Virus record (IMG/VR): IMGVR_UViG_3300044657_001119
Location: 1 to 40,024 of that record
Source: a virus
Lineage: Duplodnaviria; Caudoviricetes
Strand: one strand, 5' to 3'
DNA length: 40,024 nt
Below the pieces are notes generated by a model, which worked only from the letters and a program-made list of their open reading frames with translations, was not told the origin of the DNA and did no database searches. Shown here in pieces: positions 34,869 through 40,024 of the stretch. The first letter of the stretch is position 1; each line of letters opens with the position of its first letter. A program made the position numbers and the translations under genes.

Positions 34869-37012
34869 TGCAGTTTGCTCCTGTCAATGACTGGGGCAAT
34901 CCAACAACGGCAACGGGGATGGGCAGGCGGTTGACGGTTGTTCTCAAACATCTTTCCCAGTGGTGCCCGCTTGTGGTTCATGGGTCCGCAGATGGGGCAA
35001 ACTAGATGGTCTCGTGATGTGCGCCACTCCATTGTTTCGACAACACCCGTTGCCCGCAGGCTTGTTACCTGCCCCTGAAAAAATGCCCTTGTCGTTTCAG
35101 TCGAGGCAATCATCCGTGCCCGCTGTTCGCCATACAGTTTCATCAGGTCATCAACCAGGGCGCCCATGGGCTTTCCGCCTTCAATGTGGCGGGCAATGGC
35201 TCGGCTAACAATCTCTCTGCCACTAGTATTCAAATCTCCGATGAGTTCATAGCTATAGTTCTTTGCCCATTCCAGCGCCTCATCCATGACCATCGTGTAA
35301 TCAAAGCTCATCCCTACCTGGTCCATCATGTCAAGCGAGACTTCAACGCCAAGGGACACCGATTCGTAAAGAGCCTTGCGGAGTTCCGCCTCCATTCTCT
35401 CGTTTAATTTCCAACTCCCGCGTATCAAATCAGCCGCCGCAGATGGGTCTTTCCAGTAAATGTAGCCATCCGGCAACACCTCTTCAATCATCTCCCGGAA
35501 GCCATCGTTTAGCCCTGCCTCGATCTTCTTTTCAAGTGACCGGCGGATGGCCTGCTCTGCCTCGTCATCATCAGGATCTAGCTGCAACACCATGGCCTTC
35601 ATTGCCCGGTAGTTGTCAACGCCCTCACCCTGCCAGTCAATAACCGGGTACGCTTTGACAGCCTCCTCATGGTCACCGCTGCATTGGCCGATGGCGTGTA
35701 GTTTTTCCTCGTGCGTCAACAGGTCCGATACAAACTTGGTGACATCGGGGTTGGCGCGCTTGGCGGACCAGCGGTGAAAGCGCTCCAGTTCGACGCGCTT
35801 GGCTTCGTCGTTGGCCGGCGTTTCCTCTTCTTCGTCCATCGCCTGCCCTGGTTCGGCGGCGTTGGCCAGCGGTTCGGGCTGCGGCTCCGGGTCGAGGTCG
35901 GCGTATTCGATACCTTCAGGCAAGGTAATGCCGAGCAGTTGCGCAGCCACCGATGGCTTCAACCCGCCGCCGGTGTAGGACGAAAACGCCTGCGCCCGCT
36001 CGGCTTCGTCCGCCTGGAAGATGCTCATGGCTTCCGGTCGGAACACCAGCGACAGCCCCAGCTTCTCGAGGAGCTGTTTGTTCATCGTCCGCGCAATCAG
36101 ATCCGCCTCGGGAATCACCGTGATTTCGTAGAAATTGCGGCGGTCCGCCTGGGCTGTGGCGTAGTTGGCGGCGTTGGCCAGCAACAACGACAGCGGAATG
36201 CCTAGCGCCGTGCCGACGTCCTGCCGCTTCTCTTCGGTGAGCGGCACATTGCCCATATCGCCAATGCCGTCGCCGATCTGCACCGGCTTAATGGCGGCGC
36301 TGATGACCTCCGACGCAAAGGCATTTTTGATGCCGCCTACCGCCCGCTTCCACCAGTTTTTCAATTTCTGGCGGTCGGCTTCGGGGGGCGGTGCGCCTTC
36401 GTAGGTGAGCAATGTCGCCCGCACGGCGCCGCGGTCAAAGTACGCCTTGGTGTAGGCGTCCATGCTGTACAAGATGCCCGCCGCGTTGGCGGCGTTGGCG
36501 GCCGGCGATGGGCGGGGCTCCGTCTCGTGCAAACCTTTGTGCCAAAAGTAGACGATGTCGTCTACCGCAAACCGTTGGCGACCCAAGACGCCCCGCTCAA
36601 AATGCGTCAAGCCGGCGGCCATGTCCCACACCGGCGCGGTCGTGTCCGGCGATAAAAAGCGCAGGTCCAACAACCTGGCCCGGTTGCGCTCCTTGAACAA
36701 ATAGGCAGTCGAGGTAACCGTCAGGCTGGCTTCGATGCGATGCAGGAGTTCAGTGAGGTTGCCAAGCCATTTGAGATCATCCGGCGGCGCAGCGTCGTCG
36801 CTGGTCCACACATCCTCGTCTTTGGCGTTGCGAATCGACCAGGGAATGGCCGTCAACGCGTCGGCGCGCATGATGACGCCCCGGCTCAAAAATGGCACGG
36901 CGGCGGTCAACACGCCTTGCCCGATGCGCACGGCATCATCCGCCGGAATGCGCCATGCGGACAGGTCGGAAATCGGGGTATTCTTTCGTCCGTCGAAGTA
37001 GGTGACTGGCAT
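34865..37012 (-). CDS. Portal protein fused to a MuF/SPP1 gp7-like head morphogenesis domain
   Basis: Portal motifs (YFDRGA, LGIPLSLL..ANYATA..RRNFYEITVIP); C-terminal RARMIASTETTRA..EWRT..VCPIC..PPAHPRCRC; start taken at ATG 37012. Confidence 0.88.
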   Translation of the reverse strand: MPVTYFDGRKNTPISDLSAWRIPADDAVRIGQGVLTAAVPFLSRGVIMRADALTAIPWSIRNAKDEDVWTSDDAAPPDDLKWLGNLTELLHRIEASLTVTSTAYLFKERNRARLLDLRFLSPDTTAPVWDMAAGLTHFERGVLGRQRFAVDDIVYFWHKGLHETEPRPSPAANAANAAGILYSMDAYTKAYFDRGAVRATLLTYEGAPPPEADRQKLKNWWKRAVGGIKNAFASEVISAAIKPVQIGDGIGDMGNVPLTEEKRQDVGTALGIPLSLLLANAANYATAQADRRNFYEITVIPEADLIARTMNKQLLEKLGLSLVFRPEAMSIFQADEAERAQAFSSYTGGGLKPSVAAQLLGITLPEGIEYADLDPEPQPEPLANAAEPGQAMDEEEETPANDEAKRVELERFHRWSAKRANPDVTKFVSDLLTHEEKLHAIGQCSGDHEEAVKAYPVIDWQGEGVDNYRAMKAMVLQLDPDDDEAEQAIRRSLEKKIEAGLNDGFREMIEEVLPDGYIYWKDPSAAADLIRGSWKLNERMEAELRKALYESVSLGVEVSLDMMDQVGMSFDYTMVMDEALEWAKNYSYELIGDLNTSGREIVSRAIARHIEGGKPMGALVDDLMKLYGEQRARMIASTETTRAFFQGQVTSLRATGVVETMEWRTSRDHLVCPICGPMNHKRAPLGKMFENNRQPPAHPRCRCWIAPVIDRSKLQ

Positions 37013-37026
37013 TGACCATCCCAAAT

Positions 37027-37055
37027 AAAAAAGCGCTACGTGCATCGTAGCGCTT
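37027..37055 (-). terminator. Terminator-like hairpin just upstream of the portal gene
   Basis: Minus strand AAGCGCTACG-ATGCA-CGTAGCGCTT followed by TTTTATTT. Confidence 0.6.
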
Positions 37056-37118
37056 CGCTCTTCCCTTGACTATCCCAAAATTGGGACAATTTGCGGTTTT
37101 CATCGTTATTTTGCAGTC

Positions 37119-37328
37119 CTAGCGGTCAATCTCTCGCGCAATGCGCAACGCCACCTGCACCGTCGTGCCGCCGGCCTTGTACCTAATGCGTTTGGTGTAC
37201 GTGTAGACCGTGCCAACGGAGAGGGAGAGGCGAGCGGCGATCTCTGGTTGGCTTAGGCCGTTGGCGAGGAGCAACGCAACGTCACGCTCCCGGCTGGTGA
37301 ATTCGTCCATGATGGATGCCTCACTCAT
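37119..37328 (-). CDS. LuxR/GerE-type HTH regulator
   Basis: FTSRERDVALLLANGLSQPEIAARLSLSVGTVYTYTKRIRYK. Confidence 0.88.
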   Translation of the reverse strand: MSEASIMDEFTSRERDVALLLANGLSQPEIAARLSLSVGTVYTYTKRIRYKAGGTTVQVALRIAREIDR

Positions 37329-38779
37329 AAAAACAATGGCGAGCCGAGGGCTAACTTGTTGAATGCGCCGCTGCTGGAATCGACCTGGTCCTTGTAACGC
37401 CCGTTTGGAAACGCTGCCAGCTCCTCCAGGTACGGTTCATTCCACGCGCCGGCCAGCAAATCCACGTTGCCAGCGCCGGCCTGCGCGGCATACGGGTCAG
37501 CTCTGGTGACCTTGTCGCCGGTGACGGTCTCCGTGCGAATCGAGTAGCCGGCCAAGTTTCGCACGGTATTTTCGGCGCTTTCTTTGCCACCGCTGCCCGG
37601 CTCCTGCTCTGCCCAGATCATGACGCCGCCATATCGTGATTCGTCGAGCGCCGCCGTCTGCTTGATGATGGCCTCACGCTCGGTTGCCGACCACTGACCC
37701 CGCACGACATCGACCACCACGTAGCGCCCCGCCGGTGTGCGTGCCAGGAGAGAGCCTGCGCTATGTGCGCCGCTGCCAGCGCTCCCCGCTTTGTCCCAGT
37801 AGCGCACGAAAAGGCAGTTGGCGGGCAGCGCTTGGACGATGCCAAACCACGCCCGTTTGAACATGCCGCCCTCTCTTGGCGCTGGTCGCTGCTGGTAGAG
37901 CGCCGCCCAAAAGTATGGCCCGACGCGGGCTTCGATGCCTTTCAGTCTGTGCAGTGGATAGCGCTGCATGCACAGCGCCTCCCCGGGTTGCCGGTGGTCG
38001 TGCTCCACTGTGCAGGTCGATGGAAATGGCTTGGCTTCCGGTTCAGCGACCGCCGGCATGTTGACGATGTGCCAACGCTCTGGTTCATCGCCCGCGGCGC
38101 TGGTGTCGCTGCCCGCCTCTTGCGCCAACAGCCAACCCGCCAGGTCCCTTTCGTTCCAGCGGGTCATGATCAGGACAATGGCGCCGCCGGGCTCCTCGCG
38201 GGTACTGAACGTACTGCGATACCAGTCTCTGTGATGCTCACGTAGTGTTTCGCTGGCAGCGTCTTCGGCGTTTTTGACCGGGTCATCGATGATGCCCAGG
38301 TGAAAGCCCTTGCCCGTCGCTGGCCCGCCCACGCCCGTCGCCCACAAGCCGCCGCCCTTGCCCGTCTCCCAGTGTTTGACGCTGGTGACATCGTTGTTGA
38401 TCGGGCCGCCGGCCGCCAAGTAGTTGTCTCTGGCCGCCCGGCTCAAGGTGAACGCCAACTCACTGGCATACGACGTGATCGCCGCCCACCGCTGCGGGTA
38501 GCGTGCCAGGTAGTAGGCGCTGAAGAGCCTGGACACCGTTTCGCTCTTGCCGTGGCGCGGCGGCATGAACACCATGAGGCGCTTCACCTCGCCGTCGGCC
38601 ACTCGTTGCAGCACGGCAATCAGTTGCTCGAGGTGCGGATAGAGCCTAAAGCGCGGCGCCACCGTCTGCACAAAGCGGCGGAACGTCACCGGGCGGCTGC
38701 GAATCAGCTTGTCCATCTCTGCGCGCTCGTGCGAGGTCAAGTAACTCAGCAATGCGGGCAGCTCGTTCGACATCGTCAA
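37325..38779 (-). CDS. terL: Terminase large subunit
   Basis: MPPRHGKS Walker A, GIIDDP Walker B, IMTRW, LYQQRP, RYWDKA, FPNGRYKDQVD. Confidence 0.95.
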   Translation of the reverse strand: MTMSNELPALLSYLTSHERAEMDKLIRSRPVTFRRFVQTVAPRFRLYPHLEQLIAVLQRVADGEVKRLMVFMPPRHGKSETVSRLFSAYYLARYPQRWAAITSYASELAFTLSRAARDNYLAAGGPINNDVTSVKHWETGKGGGLWATGVGGPATGKGFHLGIIDDPVKNAEDAASETLREHHRDWYRSTFSTREEPGGAIVLIMTRWNERDLAGWLLAQEAGSDTSAAGDEPERWHIVNMPAVAEPEAKPFPSTCTVEHDHRQPGEALCMQRYPLHRLKGIEARVGPYFWAALYQQRPAPREGGMFKRAWFGIVQALPANCLFVRYWDKAGSAGSGAHSAGSLLARTPAGRYVVVDVVRGQWSATEREAIIKQTAALDESRYGGVMIWAEQEPGSGGKESAENTVRNLAGYSIRTETVTGDKVTRADPYAAQAGAGNVDLLAGAWNEPYLEELAAFPNGRYKDQVDSSSGAFNKLALGSPLFL

Positions 38780-39128
38780 GCGTTACATCCTCTGTTTGCA
38801 ATTTGCCCGAGATTTCCAGCGCCGCCACCTTGCCATAGTTGGCGCGGTCAACCGCCGCCAGCCTGGCCTCCCACATGCGCCAGTCATCGCGGCCGCTCCG
38901 CTGCATGCGTCGAATGTACTGCGCTTTGCGTTCCGCTTCGGCGGCCGCCATCGCCTCGACCAGTGCGATACATTGCGGGTCGCCCTCCGCTGCCAGCCGC
39001 TCCCAGGTCGTCAATGTGCCCGCGCTGATTTTCGCCAGTGCGCACATGTCCACCTTGGTATGCAGCCCGCTCTTGATGGCATCGACCAACAGCTGCTGCG
39101 TCTTCGGCGTCAATTTTCGTAGTGGCAT
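38646..39128 (-). CDS. terS: Terminase small subunit (putative)
   Basis: KLTPKTQQLLVDAIKSG..MCALAKIS..TLTTW HTH, AAAEAE..DWR..EARL; directly upstream of terL. Confidence 0.75.
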   Translation of the reverse strand: MPLRKLTPKTQQLLVDAIKSGLHTKVDMCALAKISAGTLTTWERLAAEGDPQCIALVEAMAAAEAERKAQYIRRMQRSGRDDWRMWEARLAAVDRANYGKVAALEISGKLQTEDVTLDDVERAARIAELLDLARARRDGQADSQPPGDVPPLCADGGAAL

Positions 39129-39170
39129 CGTTCACCCCCCCTTTGCTCGTCTTGCCTGCCACTGTATCAC

Positions 39171-39416
39171 CTACCCTCCAACTGGGAGTTGGAGGGGTGA
39201 AACTTCGCTGCCAAAGGCGTACAGCGATGTGCCATTGTCGAGGCGAATGAGCACAAGACCGGCGTTGTCAATGTAGCTGGGCCAGCAATTGACAACCTTG
39301 CCAGTTTGGCCGCGGTACTTCATGAGCCGCGGCGCATCGCTGTAGGCATCGTCTTTAATGGATACCCGGTCGCCAACGGTAAAGGATGTGCCGCCAGTCT
39401 TGAAGGATGGGGTCAT
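39171..39416 (-). CDS. Hypothetical SH3/KOW-like protein
   Basis: FTVGDRVSI..YRGQTGKVV..IRLDNG; GGAGG RBS. Confidence 0.65.
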   Translation of the reverse strand: MTPSFKTGGTSFTVGDRVSIKDDAYSDAPRLMKYRGQTGKVVNCWPSYIDNAGLVLIRLDNGTSLYAFGSEVSPLQLPVGG

Positions 39417-39880
39417 GATTCCACCTCCAGTAGTCTAGCCGGCCACACCTCGCGTCGCTCATGGTCAATCACGCACCACTCACCATTGACCTGGTCAACA
39501 CTGGCTTGGCCGGGCAAGTAATGGCTGGCCACGTACATCACCAGCTGCGCAGGCGGCGCGGTCACCCGCTTCGACCGCACGACGGCAATCACCGTACCAG
39601 CAAGGAGGAGCGCAACCAACGGCACGACAATGCGCACCGTCGTTTGCTGTTCGGTGGCCACCGTCGCCGCGATGGCCGCCTGTTCTACTGCCGCTTCCGC
39701 TGCTATCCTTGCCCGCTCCGTTTCGTGGCGCTGGGCAAGCGCTTGGACCTGGGCGTAGTCGCTTTCGATCGCCACGCCATAGCCGCCGGTAGGGGAGGGC
39801 GTCACCGCCAACCCGCCGAAGCTCATCGCCAACGCTACCACGATGGCCACCATTGCCACCGCCGTCGCCAGTGTCTTCAT
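39413..39880 (-). CDS. Membrane protein
   Basis: N-terminal signal/TM, coiled coil, second TM; ATGA overlaps at both ends. Confidence 0.7.
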   Translation of the reverse strand: MKTLATAVAMVAIVVALAMSFGGLAVTPSPTGGYGVAIESDYAQVQALAQRHETERARIAAEAAVEQAAIAATVATEQQTTVRIVVPLVALLLAGTVIAVVRSKRVTAPPAQLVMYVASHYLPGQASVDQVNGEWCVIDHERREVWPARLLEVES

Positions 39881-40024
39881 TGCCCACCCCCTTTGTGCTC
39901 ATAGCCCTGATATTTCTTCGTCCAAGTGGTCATTTTTCTTGACTTTGCCGGGGCCCCGCGGGGGGCGGGTGTCGGCCGCGTGCGGTAGAGCTCTGTTCCT
40001 GCGATGATAATCACGGCGGCGTCC
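39877..40024 (-). CDS. 3' part of the small protein starting at 89 (spans the junction)
   Basis: GDAAVIIIAGTELYRTRP...YEHKGGGQ*; its TGA overlaps the ATG at 39880. Confidence 0.55.
   Translation of the reverse strand, partial: DAAVIIIAGTELYRTRPTPAPRGAPAKSRKMTTWTKKYQGYEHKGGGQ

Larger units (their letters stand above)
1..40024. mobile_element. Temperate tailed phage (siphovirus-like), apparently complete circular genome with intact attP
   Basis: Terminase, portal, capsid, tape measure, integrase/repressor and replication modules are all present; no host housekeeping genes; an ORF is continuous across the end-to-start junction. Confidence 0.9.

Noticed and set aside
1-40024. Integrated prophage with host flanks; firm host assignment
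   Set aside because: attP is internal and intact and there are no host genes; the host cannot be named without searching the tRNA-Pro core

Overview
The window looks like a complete, circularly permuted temperate siphovirus-type phage genome of about 40 kb in its non-integrated form: an ORF reads in frame across the 1/40024 junction, and an intact attP has phage genes on both sides. Layout: (i) a leftward early/replication operon (RHH Cro-like gene, small membrane genes, a Cas7/RAMP-like gene, a putative SSB, DinG helicase, Prim-Pol/helicase, iteron origin, RusA); (ii) a genetic switch with an XRE repressor that contains attP (the 3' half of a tRNA-Pro) and is coupled to a tyrosine integrase; (iii) a short rightward accessory region; (iv) a leftward morphogenesis operon (TerS, TerL, LuxR-HTH, portal-MuF fusion, protease-capsid fusion, connectors, two tail-tube-like genes, frameshifted chaperones, tape measure, tail tip, fibre) ending in a membrane-anchored CHAT/caspase-like protease and a holin-like gene, with no recognisable endolysin. 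The standout is a solo Cas7/RAMP-like gene (11681-12379, minus) followed directly by about 1 kb of non-coding DNA with 5-nt periodicity (minus strand DGY-NN) and a 6-nt hinge about every 31 nt. This is a candidate non-CRISPR RNA-guided system, resembling the recently reported VIPR type. All calls come from reading motifs by eye; no searches were run.
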